Assembly (NCBI GenBank): GCA_964642725.1
Contig: CAZXQG010000012.1
Location: 6,163 to 70,162 of the forward strand
DNA from: an uncultured Chitinophagaceae bacterium
GTDB lineage: Bacteria > Bacteroidota > Ignavibacteria > UBA10030 > UBA8401
Reading direction: 5' to 3'
DNA: 64,000 nucleotides
The notes under the pieces are model-generated. The model saw only the letters and a program-made list of their open reading frames with translations. It had not been told where the DNA came from and ran no database searches. Positions 37,421-44,878 of this stretch are shown in pieces (position 1 is the first letter of the stretch; each line of letters opens with the position of its first letter). The position numbers and the translations under genes were made by a program.

Positions 37421-37457
37421 AACCGCCAGGGCGCAAAGAGTTTTTCCCCTGGCGGTT
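37421..37457 (+). other. 11-bp stem-loop between pepT and the OPT transporter gene
   Basis: The stem is aaccgccaggg (37421-37431) / ccctggcggtt (37447-37457) with a 15-nt loop. No T-run follows, so it is not a canonical terminator. It may be a processing or attenuation element. Confidence 0.35.
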
Positions 37458-37485
37458 GATAAACTCATCTTGAAGGAACGCTCGC

Positions 37486-39489
37486 ATGGAAACACCCGCC
37501 ACTCCCTCCAACACTCTTCCGAACAATGCATACAAAGAATTAAAAGAGGGCGAAGAGTACCGCCCGATCATGGATCCAAACAAATCGTATGAGGAAGTAA
37601 CTCCATGGTCGGTCGGCTGGGGCTTGGTAATGGCAGTCCTCTTTTCTGCGGCTGCGGCATACTCAGGGTTGAAAATCGGCCAGGTCTTTGAAGCTGCGAT
37701 TCCTATCGCAATTCTCGCAGTTGGACTTTCGGCGGCTTTCAAACGAAAAGGCTCGCTCGGACAGAACGTTATCATCCAGTCGATCGGCGCAAGCTCGGGC
37801 GTCATTGTCGCGGGCGCAATTTTTACGATCCCCGCCTTGTACATTCTCGACCTTCCGGCAAATTTCTTCCAAGTGTTCTTTGCCTCGGCCGCAGGCGGCT
37901 TCCTCGGAATTCTGTTCCTGATCCCCTTTAGAAAATATTTTGTGAAGGACATGCACGGAATACTTCCTTTTCCCGAAGCGACGGCAACGACAGAAATCCT
38001 TGTCGCGGGTGAAAAGGGGGGATCGCAGGCAACGGTGCTGGTGGTGAGCGGATTGATCGGCGGCATTTTCGATTTCACGTTCAGCGCATTCGGATGGTGG
38101 TCCGAAGTAGTCTCATCGAGGATGATTCACTACGGTGAAGTGCTGGCTAATAAGGTGAAGATGGTGGCGAAGATCGATGTGTCGGCGATGGTCTTTGGGC
38201 TCGGTTACATCGTCGGCCTGAAGTACTCGGCGATTATTGCTGCCGGCTCGTTCCTTTCATGGTTTGTCCTTGTACCCCTGGTGTACGAGGTCGGGCATGC
38301 GCTGACCATTCCGTTGGGCGCAACGGCCACCAAACTCATTGCGGACATGTCGGCGGAAGAAATCTTCCGCAATTATGTCAGGCAGATCGGCATCGGCGGT
38401 ATTGCGATGGCGGGAATTATCGGCATTATCCGCTCGTCGAAAATTATCGGCGGAGCGTTCTCCCTGGCGTACAAAGAAATCTTTCATGCAAAAACTGCCG
38501 GAACGGAAACTACCGTTCGTTGGCAGACAGATATCAAAATGCTTTTTGTGGCCCTCCTCATTTTGTTGACAGCGCTGCTTATCTTTGTTTTCTTTTACGG
38601 CGGCGTGGTCTTTAATTTCACGCATGCAGTAGCAGGCTTGTTGATCGTGATGATTGTATCATTCCTCTTTACGACCGTCGCCGCAAATGCAACAGCGATC
38701 GTCGGCACGAATCCGGTGTCCGGAATGACGTTGATGACGCTGATCCTGTCGTCTTTTGTTCTTGTGCAGATCGGATTGACGGGCACATCGGGGATGGTTA
38801 GTGCGCTGATCATCGGCGGAGTTGTCTGCACCGCACTTTCTGTTGCCGGCGGATTCATTACAGACCTCAAAATAGGCTATTGGCTCGGCTCGACGCCGAA
38901 AAAACAGGAAACATGGAAATTCCTCGGCGTGCTCGTTTCAGCGGCAACGGTCGGCGGAGTTATCATCGTTCTCAACAAATCGTTCGGCTTCAAAGGCGAG
39001 CACGCGATGGTGGCGCCGCAGGCGAATGCAATGGCGGCCGTTATCCAGCCGCTCATGTCCAACGTCTCCGCCCCATGGGTCCTCTATGCCGTTGGCGCCG
39101 TGATCGCGCTGATCCTTACAATGGTGCAAATATCGCCGCTTGCATTCGCGCTTGGAATGTACATTCCGCAGGAGTTGAATACGCCGCTGGTATTCGGCGG
39201 CCTTATCGCATGGTGGGTGACGACACGGACCAAGAATGAGAAATTAAACAACGCTCGCTTTTCGCGCGGGACATTGATCGCTTCGGGATTTATTGCAGGC
39301 GGATCGTTGTTTGGAGTATTGAATGCATTCCTGAAATTCTTCGACCAGGAAGTCTGGAATTTCGGTTATGCAAATTGGTATATGAGCGCGTGGGCAGACT
39401 CGCATTCCGGAGAAATTACAGGATTGATCATGTTCGCCCTTTTGTTTTCATATGCACTCTGGGATACTATGAGAGCGAAGGAAGAATAA
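37486..39489 (+). CDS. OPT-family oligopeptide transporter
   Basis: 667 aa with an ATG start and about 16 hydrophobic segments. The N-terminal EYRPIMDPN..TPWSVGWGL..AAAYSGLKIGQ and the internal ITDLKIGYWLGSTPKKQ are characteristic OPT-family stretches. Confidence 0.9.
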   Translation: METPATPSNTLPNNAYKELKEGEEYRPIMDPNKSYEEVTPWSVGWGLVMAVLFSAAAAYSGLKIGQVFEAAIPIAILAVGLSAAFKRKGSLGQNVIIQSIGASSGVIVAGAIFTIPALYILDLPANFFQVFFASAAGGFLGILFLIPFRKYFVKDMHGILPFPEATATTEILVAGEKGGSQATVLVVSGLIGGIFDFTFSAFGWWSEVVSSRMIHYGEVLANKVKMVAKIDVSAMVFGLGYIVGLKYSAIIAAGSFLSWFVLVPLVYEVGHALTIPLGATATKLIADMSAEEIFRNYVRQIGIGGIAMAGIIGIIRSSKIIGGAFSLAYKEIFHAKTAGTETTVRWQTDIKMLFVALLILLTALLIFVFFYGGVVFNFTHAVAGLLIVMIVSFLFTTVAANATAIVGTNPVSGMTLMTLILSSFVLVQIGLTGTSGMVSALIIGGVVCTALSVAGGFITDLKIGYWLGSTPKKQETWKFLGVLVSAATVGGVIIVLNKSFGFKGEHAMVAPQANAMAAVIQPLMSNVSAPWVLYAVGAVIALILTMVQISPLAFALGMYIPQELNTPLVFGGLIAWWVTTRTKNEKLNNARFSRGTLIASGFIAGGSLFGVLNAFLKFFDQEVWNFGYANWYMSAWADSHSGEITGLIMFALLFSYALWDTMRAKEE

Positions 39490-39548
39490 TAGTCAACGAG
39501 TCGGACAATCGGGTGGGCCTTTTGTCCATGAATATGCCCTTCGACGCT

Positions 39549-39572
39549 CCCGTTCCGCTTTAGCGGAACGGG
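39549..39572 (+). other. perfect 10-bp hairpin downstream of the OPT gene
   Basis: cccgttccgc ttta gcggaacggg lies 60 nt after the stop codon. No T-run follows. Confidence 0.4.
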
Positions 39573-39581
39573 ATTGCTCAG

Positions 39582-39664
39582 GGTGAACAGGCTATGTTCA
39601 TCCTGTCCCGAAGGGATCCCTTTGGGAAGTAAGTGATCCCGCTCGAAGAGCGGGTGAACGCATC
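39582..39664 (+). repeat. hairpin-rich intergenic repeat, copy A
   Basis: ggtgaacaggctatgttcatcctgtcccgaagggatccctttgggaagtaagtgatcccgctcgaagagcgggtgaacgcatc. Internal hairpins are tgaaca/tgttca, gggatccc and cccgctc/gagcggg. The last 57 nt (39608-39664) match the reverse complement of 40835-40891 at 54 of 57 positions by hand alignment. Confidence 0.8.
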
Positions 39665-39790
39665 TGGCCAAGCCATCCCTTCAGGAGAAGGACAACCTTG
39701 CCGCTTTACACATAGAGGCGCTCGTAATTAATCTTGTCTGAAAGATTTTAGCGTCAGTCCACGTACTGAGTTTACAATTTTGTAACGATA

Positions 39791-40705
39791 ATGGCGGAAA
39801 AGCATTCCCATACCCCGACGACCGGCAGGCATCTTGTCATCGCCATTATTCTTAATGCGCTCATCTTTATTGTCGAGTTTGTCGGGGGCATTCTCACCAA
39901 CAGCCTTGCCTTAATTTCCGACTCGCTCCACAATCTCAGCGATTTTTTCGCATTGATCTTGAGCTACGTCGCTTTACGCATGGTTCAATGGAAATCGAAT
40001 TCGGAAAAATCGTACGGATATGTGCGTGTTGAAATTTTTGTAGCGTTTATCAATGCAACGGCGCTGGTGCTGATCGGTATGTACATTATCTATGAAGGAA
40101 TCCAGCGGTTTGCCCATCCGGAGCCTGTCGCCGGTGAATGGATGCTCATCATTGCCATCGTTGGTTTCGTTGTGAATACAGCCGCTACACTGTTGCTGAA
40201 AACGCATGCGCACCATGATCTCAACATGAAAAGCGCCTACCTGCATCTCCTTACCGATGCTGTGGAATCGCTTGCTGTGGTTGTGGTTGCGGGAATCATC
40301 GCATGGAAAGATTGGCGCATCCTCGACCCGATCGTATCGATCGGCATCGGACTCTTCATCATCAAGAGCGCATGGAGTATTGTTGCCGAGACTGTGCACA
40401 TCCTGACCGAAGGGACGCCGCGAGGAATCGACTTAGATGAAGTGGCAGCATATCTTCAATCGTTTCCGGGCGTCGAGAACGTTCACCATCTGCACATCTG
40501 GGGATTGTCTTCTAGGATGCGCGCGCTGAGCGTGCACATTGTCGTGCAGGATCAATTGATAAGCAGCGGCAATAAAATCAGCTCACAGTTAGAGCACGAA
40601 TTGGAACACCGGTTCGGCATCAATCATCCTACATTTCAACTTGAGTCTTCCGGTTGCGGGGATCAGGGGATCGTGGTGGATTTCCATCCGACCCACGAAA
40701 AGTGA
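39791..40705 (+). CDS. cation diffusion facilitator (CDF) family divalent metal efflux transporter (CzcD/ZitB-like)
   Basis: 304 aa. It has six TM helices with HxxxD metal sites in LISDSLHNLSDF and HLLTDAVESLAVV, plus a cytoplasmic C-terminal domain. The N-terminus contains His residues (MAEKHSHTP). Confidence 0.9.
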   Translation: MAEKHSHTPTTGRHLVIAIILNALIFIVEFVGGILTNSLALISDSLHNLSDFFALILSYVALRMVQWKSNSEKSYGYVRVEIFVAFINATALVLIGMYIIYEGIQRFAHPEPVAGEWMLIIAIVGFVVNTAATLLLKTHAHHDLNMKSAYLHLLTDAVESLAVVVVAGIIAWKDWRILDPIVSIGIGLFIIKSAWSIVAETVHILTEGTPRGIDLDEVAAYLQSFPGVENVHHLHIWGLSSRMRALSVHIVVQDQLISSGNKISSQLEHELEHRFGINHPTFQLESSGCGDQGIVVDFHPTHEK

Positions 40706-40834
40706 TAGCCCAAGGAAACGCATTCCCGTACTTATTGAATCCTCGTGTGCCTCTTGTGGTGTCAAGAACTGCGCGGGAGGGTTACGTCGTAAAAGTTCAA
40801 GGAGCTAATTCAAAAACACATCACATGATCCTTC

Positions 40835-40891
40835 GATGCGCTCTCCCGCTCTTCGAGCGGGATCGCTTACTTCCCAAAGGGATCCCTTCGG
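40835..40891 (-). repeat. hairpin-rich intergenic repeat, copy B (inverted relative to copy A)
   Basis: gatgcgctctcccgctcttcgagcgggatcgcttacttcccaaagggatcccttcgg. It is the reverse complement of 39608-39664 with 3 mismatches. It lies between the convergent CDF and HCxxMCG genes. Confidence 0.8.
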
Positions 40892-40947
40892 CAGAAGGGC
40901 CAGCGCAAGACCATTTTTGAGATAGCTTCTCGATACTGTTTGACATC

Positions 40948-41688
40948 TTACATTCCATGATGATGATGCCCGCCTCCCATCATCATCATGATCCACGGCA
41001 TGGGGATGCCTAAGCCTCTCATTACCATTATTATTCCCATGACTACTATCATCATCGCTGCAAGTTTATCTCCCCACACACGCAACCGGAAACGGAAGAA
41101 CGTCGATACAAATCCAACAATAACAAGCGATGGAACAATGCCGCATCCAAATAGTGCCATGGCAACGGCTCCGTTCAGCGCACTTCCGGAAGCGGCAGCT
41201 ATCACGAACATTGAATAGAGCAATCCGCACGGCAAAAGCGGTGTAAGCAATCCGATGTAGAACTTGCTCTCGACGGCAGGCGATGCGAGCAAAGCGCCAT
41301 ACGATTTCGTATAAAGATTCAGCAGGAATGACTTTTTCTCTGAAGACAAAGATATTTTCTGCATGAATCCCATCCACGGAAAAATCCTCAACATCCAAAT
41401 TCCTGAGAGAACAAGCAGCACACCCGCAGCGGTCGAAAACCATTCCCCTGCCGACTGCAATCCTGAAAACCCTCCGCCAATTGCTCCAAGCAGAGCACCG
41501 ACAAAAATGTACGACAGCACGCGCCCGAAATTATATGAAAGATGTTTGAGGAAGGGGCTCCATTTTCCAGCGGTGATTTTGCTCCGAAAATTATCTTGCG
41601 TGGAATATGCGGCGACGATGGCCCCGCACATGCCAACGCAGTGCATGCTTCCGAAAAAGCCGGTGAGGAAGATGAGAATATAGTGCAT
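40948..41688 (-). CDS. DsbD_2 / TauE-like six-TM membrane protein with HCxxMCG motif and Met/His-rich tail
   Basis: 246 aa with an ATG start. MHCVGMCGAIV lies in the first helix. The C-terminus is PWIMMMMGGGHHHHGM. Confidence 0.6.
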   Translation of the reverse strand: MHYILIFLTGFFGSMHCVGMCGAIVAAYSTQDNFRSKITAGKWSPFLKHLSYNFGRVLSYIFVGALLGAIGGGFSGLQSAGEWFSTAAGVLLVLSGIWMLRIFPWMGFMQKISLSSEKKSFLLNLYTKSYGALLASPAVESKFYIGLLTPLLPCGLLYSMFVIAAASGSALNGAVAMALFGCGIVPSLVIVGFVSTFFRFRLRVWGDKLAAMMIVVMGIIMVMRGLGIPMPWIMMMMGGGHHHHGM

Positions 41689-41749
41689 AGAGACGATGTC
41701 AACCTTGATCGTTAAAGTAAAGAAAATTTACGATCTTCGGTAGTCGGAG

Positions 41750-42064
41750 TTATTGGATGATTGATGTGCCAGCCTGCTGCGGTACCGCAACATAATCCAT
41801 CGGCTTTTGCACAAATTTGTTCTTGCATCCCGTTGAGCAAAAGCCGTATACCTTCCCACTATAATGGGCTGTATCGCCGATGCCTGCCGTCAGCGTCATC
41901 CCGCAAACAGGGTCATTGGCGTTATCAACCTTAATGTTTTTAAATGTTCCCTTTTCATCGTGAGAAGCTTCCGGAATTTGATAGCTGGCCGTTCTATTTT
42001 GCTGATTGCATCCTGTTATCGATACGAGACCAAAGACCAGTCCCAAAAAAAGAATCTTCTTCAT
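41750..42064 (-). CDS. YHS-domain lipoprotein (metal-binding)
   Basis: The track start is TTG at 42142. The ATG at 42064 gives MKKILFLGLVFGLVSITGC, a lipobox. The YHS/TRASH-like motif is DPVCGMTL...YGFCSTGCKNKF. Confidence 0.75.
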   Translation of the reverse strand: MKKILFLGLVFGLVSITGCNQQNRTASYQIPEASHDEKGTFKNIKVDNANDPVCGMTLTAGIGDTAHYSGKVYGFCSTGCKNKFVQKPMDYVAVPQQAGTSIIQ

Positions 42065-42175
42065 AGTGTATTCAGCCTTTGACTTGAATATTTCCTGCGT
42101 TAAAAATTGAATTATGCGTATCGTGATGATGCCATGACTCAATTGTAAGGCGAGTCATGGCACCACCTTAAAAAC

Positions 42176-44152
42176 TCACAGCGAATACCTCACTGTTGCG
42201 TACACCGACCGCGGCTGCCCGGGGTCAACATACCCTCCTGCGACTAATTCAGGATATGTTTTGTCTCCGAGATTCTTTACCCCTATCTGAATAAGAGCGC
42301 TGCCTGCATGCACTCCCACAGTCAAAGAGAAAACAGCGTACGACGGGAGAACCACGCCCGGTTCGTCGAAAGGACTGTAGGGACCGACGACGTTCGAGCT
42401 CAGTTTAATGTTCCAGTTGGCATGGGGCGTAATATCCAATGCGGCGATGCCGATGTACTTGGAGGTGTTATAAACGCGGGCGCCGGAGAGAGAGTCGCCG
42501 GCATCCGAAACCAGGTTCCTGTAGCGGGCATCGTTGAACGTCCAGTCCGCGGTTAAGCGAATTCCATTTGTTAGCTGAACCGCAGCGTCCGCTTCTACTC
42601 CCTGCCTGCGGCTGCTTCCGCCGCTGGTGGAAATCAGCGTTATCGGATCGAACGTCTGTTCGTTGCTGACGTCCATGAGAAACAGTGCAACGCTCCCGCT
42701 GACAACGCCTTTATCGAATTTTGTTCCTGCCTCGTATGCCCATGCGGTGATAAAAGGAAGCGAGGGGGTTTCGATTGTGCCGTCTGTGGAACGAAAGCCG
42801 CGCGAAACATTCGCATAGAGTGAAAGATCGTCGGCCAGAAAATACATCGCACCGAGCTTCGGCGAGAATATTCCCTTCGTGTCGCTTGCCGACGGCGCAC
42901 CGGCCGGGTCAGAGAAATCGTTCAGCAGATCGTATCGCACGCCGACAGTGAACGTGAACCTGTCGGCCCGTTCTTCCGATTGCAGAAACACCGCTTCTGC
43001 CTCCTGCCGCGCCGACAAAAGGATTTGAGAAGAATCGCGCACTCTGTTCGTGGTCATCCAGTTTTCGTATTCTGCATGGTCGAATTTTCCTTCGACTCCC
43101 ATTGTTACTTCGGCATGAGGGAAAACCCATGTGAGGGCGCTCGTGCCGCCAAAGCCGTACCGTGTATCCTCCTCTTCAGTTTGACTTCCTGACCCTTCAG
43201 TAATTCCTCCTTCGGGGGGCGTCGTGAGATACAGCTGCCATCGTCCCTGAGTCGAGTACAGCGTTGTCCGCCAGAACATGACGGAGTCGGGCGAAACGCG
43301 GAGGCTGATGCGTTCCTGCGCATGGCGCTTAAACCCGCCGTCGGTAGAATTCGCAACAACATTATAATCGTGCTGATCGAATTGATCTTGGGTGAGCGAG
43401 CCGGGAGAAGCCCAATTCGCCGCATATAATTCCATTCCTGCATCGAGCGTTGCAATTGGCGAAAGGTTCTGCACGAAACGGGCATGTCCTTGCTCGAGAT
43501 CATAGCCGCTGTTCGGCCTCCAGCCGTCTTCATGGATCGCGCGAACGCCGAAAACACCGCTGTTCCCGCCGTTGTCAAAACCGGTAAGAATTGTTCCGTT
43601 CAGTTTCCCGTACGAACCTCCGGAGAGCCACACATTTGTTCCGTCCATTTTTTCGAGCGTTCGTATGTTCAGGATGCCGGACATGGCAAAATTTCCATAG
43701 AGTGCGCTGGTCGGTCCTTTGATAAGATTCATCGAACTCACCGCCTCGGGCATCAATAGATTAAAATCATCGTACCCTTCTGCATGTCCGTTGACCGGTT
43801 CGTTGATCGGAACGCCGTCGATCCAGAGCGCCATATCCGTGGAATGGTCTGAGCTGAAACCGCGGATGGATGCATCCGAAGCAAAACCGGGGCCTTGTCC
43901 CTGTTCGTGAACCTCGAGCCCCGCCGTTTGGCGGAGAAGATCCCACGAATCCGTGGCGACAGTTTGTTGAATATCCACGGGAGAGACGGCAATTGAACTC
44001 ACCGGCACCTGACGTTCAAAAGGACTTGATGTAATTGTTACTTCGGGAAGCTGAACGACCCGATTGTTGAGCGAGTCGGGATCGGCGGCTATCGCTTGCT
44101 CCCCGCTAATAATTAATAAACATGACAGTGCAAAAAAGAAACACCATCGCAT
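42176..44152 (-). CDS. TonB-dependent outer-membrane receptor
   Basis: The track start is TTG at 44209. The ATG at 44152 gives MRWCFFFALSCLLIISGEQAIA, a signal peptide. Plug motifs are present (LPEVTITSSPFERQ, DLLRQTAGLEVHEQG, IRGFSSDHSTDMALWIDGVPINEP). A long beta-barrel follows, ending RSVYATVRYSL. Confidence 0.85.
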   Translation of the reverse strand: MRWCFFFALSCLLIISGEQAIAADPDSLNNRVVQLPEVTITSSPFERQVPVSSIAVSPVDIQQTVATDSWDLLRQTAGLEVHEQGQGPGFASDASIRGFSSDHSTDMALWIDGVPINEPVNGHAEGYDDFNLLMPEAVSSMNLIKGPTSALYGNFAMSGILNIRTLEKMDGTNVWLSGGSYGKLNGTILTGFDNGGNSGVFGVRAIHEDGWRPNSGYDLEQGHARFVQNLSPIATLDAGMELYAANWASPGSLTQDQFDQHDYNVVANSTDGGFKRHAQERISLRVSPDSVMFWRTTLYSTQGRWQLYLTTPPEGGITEGSGSQTEEEDTRYGFGGTSALTWVFPHAEVTMGVEGKFDHAEYENWMTTNRVRDSSQILLSARQEAEAVFLQSEERADRFTFTVGVRYDLLNDFSDPAGAPSASDTKGIFSPKLGAMYFLADDLSLYANVSRGFRSTDGTIETPSLPFITAWAYEAGTKFDKGVVSGSVALFLMDVSNEQTFDPITLISTSGGSSRRQGVEADAAVQLTNGIRLTADWTFNDARYRNLVSDAGDSLSGARVYNTSKYIGIAALDITPHANWNIKLSSNVVGPYSPFDEPGVVLPSYAVFSLTVGVHAGSALIQIGVKNLGDKTYPELVAGGYVDPGQPRSVYATVRYSL

Positions 44153-44234
44153 AGAGAATTCCCTTCTTTCATTTGATTGAAGTACAGCAAGGCATCTCCC
44201 TAATTTCAAGGGAGATCAATTGTTAGATTACGGA

Positions 44235-44663
44235 TTACGAAAGAAGTAAGAACGAAGATTGCGGGGGATGGAAAAGGGAATTCGATGTTCCTGAAAGAAG
44301 TGATTCGCGTGCGTTTGCAAATTTTTCTGTCGTGGAGACATTGATTGTCTCATTCGTTCCAAACGCCGGATCAATCCACTGGTCAAGAACGTTTGGAGAG
44401 AGAGCCGCCAGCGGAGCTGCGCATGGAGCAGAAGAAACGGAACAGGTTGTATGATCATTTTTGCCTGAATGCCGCGATGCGCAACAGCATGACGACGCCA
44501 TCCCGCTACCAGAATTGCAGCAGCAGCAACAATTCTGCATCGAAGCGGATTCTTTGCCGCTTCGGCTGTTTAAACCCGTAATCGGGGCGAAATAGAGCCC
44601 GTTTGCATACAGCAGGCTTAGCACCAGCGTGACACTACAGAAATGTCGCAGCGGATTGATCAT
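44235..44663 (-). CDS. small secreted cysteine-cluster protein (hypothetical)
   Basis: 142 aa with an ATG start and a hydrophobic N-terminus (MINPLRHFCSVTLVLSLLYANG). Cys runs occur in QNCCCCCNSGSGMASSCCCASRH, with further Cys residues after them. It sits 82 nt upstream of the TonB-dependent receptor on the same strand. I recognise no homology. Confidence 0.5.
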   Translation of the reverse strand: MINPLRHFCSVTLVLSLLYANGLYFAPITGLNSRSGKESASMQNCCCCCNSGSGMASSCCCASRHSGKNDHTTCSVSSAPCAAPLAALSPNVLDQWIDPAFGTNETINVSTTEKFANARESLLSGTSNSLFHPPQSSFLLLS

Positions 44664-44671
44664 GCATTATA

Positions 44672-44687
44672 TAACCAATTTTGGTTA
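44672..44687 (-). promoter_or_regulatory. inverted repeat TAACCAA-TT-TTGGTTA immediately upstream of the Cys-cluster gene (candidate operator)
   Basis: taaccaattttggtta has 7-bp arms and a 2-nt spacer. It lies 9 nt from the ATG at 44663. Confidence 0.25.
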
Positions 44688-44754
44688 CGGCAAGTTTCAT
44701 TAAGATAAAAAAATCTCTCACACGTGCAAGCACCATTACTGCATTCCCAAACGA

Positions 44755-44850
44755 CATGTCCCGCGACGACGGGAGAGTTTGGGAACGAGAAGAAATAGTT
44801 CGCTCCCAATCCCAAAAGGGATCACTTCGTGACGAGGACGATGGGAGCGA
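44755..44850. repeat. degenerate member(s) of the intergenic repeat family
   Basis: catgtcccgcgacgacggga (compare catgtcccgaaggg at 15225) and tcccaaaagggatcacttcg (compare tcccaaagggatcccttcg at 40872) are present. They are flanked by gctccca/tgggagc pairing. The element lies just downstream of the GH130-like gene. Confidence 0.4.
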
Positions 44851-44878
44851 GATGAAGCGTGTTTAGGACAAGATTTGT

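Noticed and set aside
37419-38078. 219-aa minus-strand ORF
   Set aside because: It is antisense to the 5' part of the OPT transporter gene. Its Ala/Pro-rich translation mirrors the hydrophobic codons of that gene.
39366-39671. ORFs 39366-39671 (minus) and 40654-40920 (plus), which share the peptide PLFERD.LLPKGIPS
   Set aside because: The shared peptide is the translation of the 57-bp inverted repeat. It sits at the N-terminus of one ORF and the C-terminus of the other. Both ORFs also run into neighbouring real genes. This indicates a nucleotide-level repeat, not a conserved protein.
39582-40891. Reading the inverted-repeat-bracketed CDF gene as a transposon or composite mobile element
   Set aside because: There is no transposase or recombinase. 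No direct target duplication flanks the arms, and similarity is limited to the 57-bp core. The same repeat family also occurs singly at other gene 3' ends. I therefore report it only as a repeat pair.
44235-44663. Cys-rich ORF as a methanobactin-like RiPP precursor (chalkophore operons also contain a TonB receptor)
   Set aside because: The ORF is 142 aa with a Sec-type leader rather than a ~30-aa precursor. No MbnB/MbnC-like or other RiPP maturation genes are nearby.
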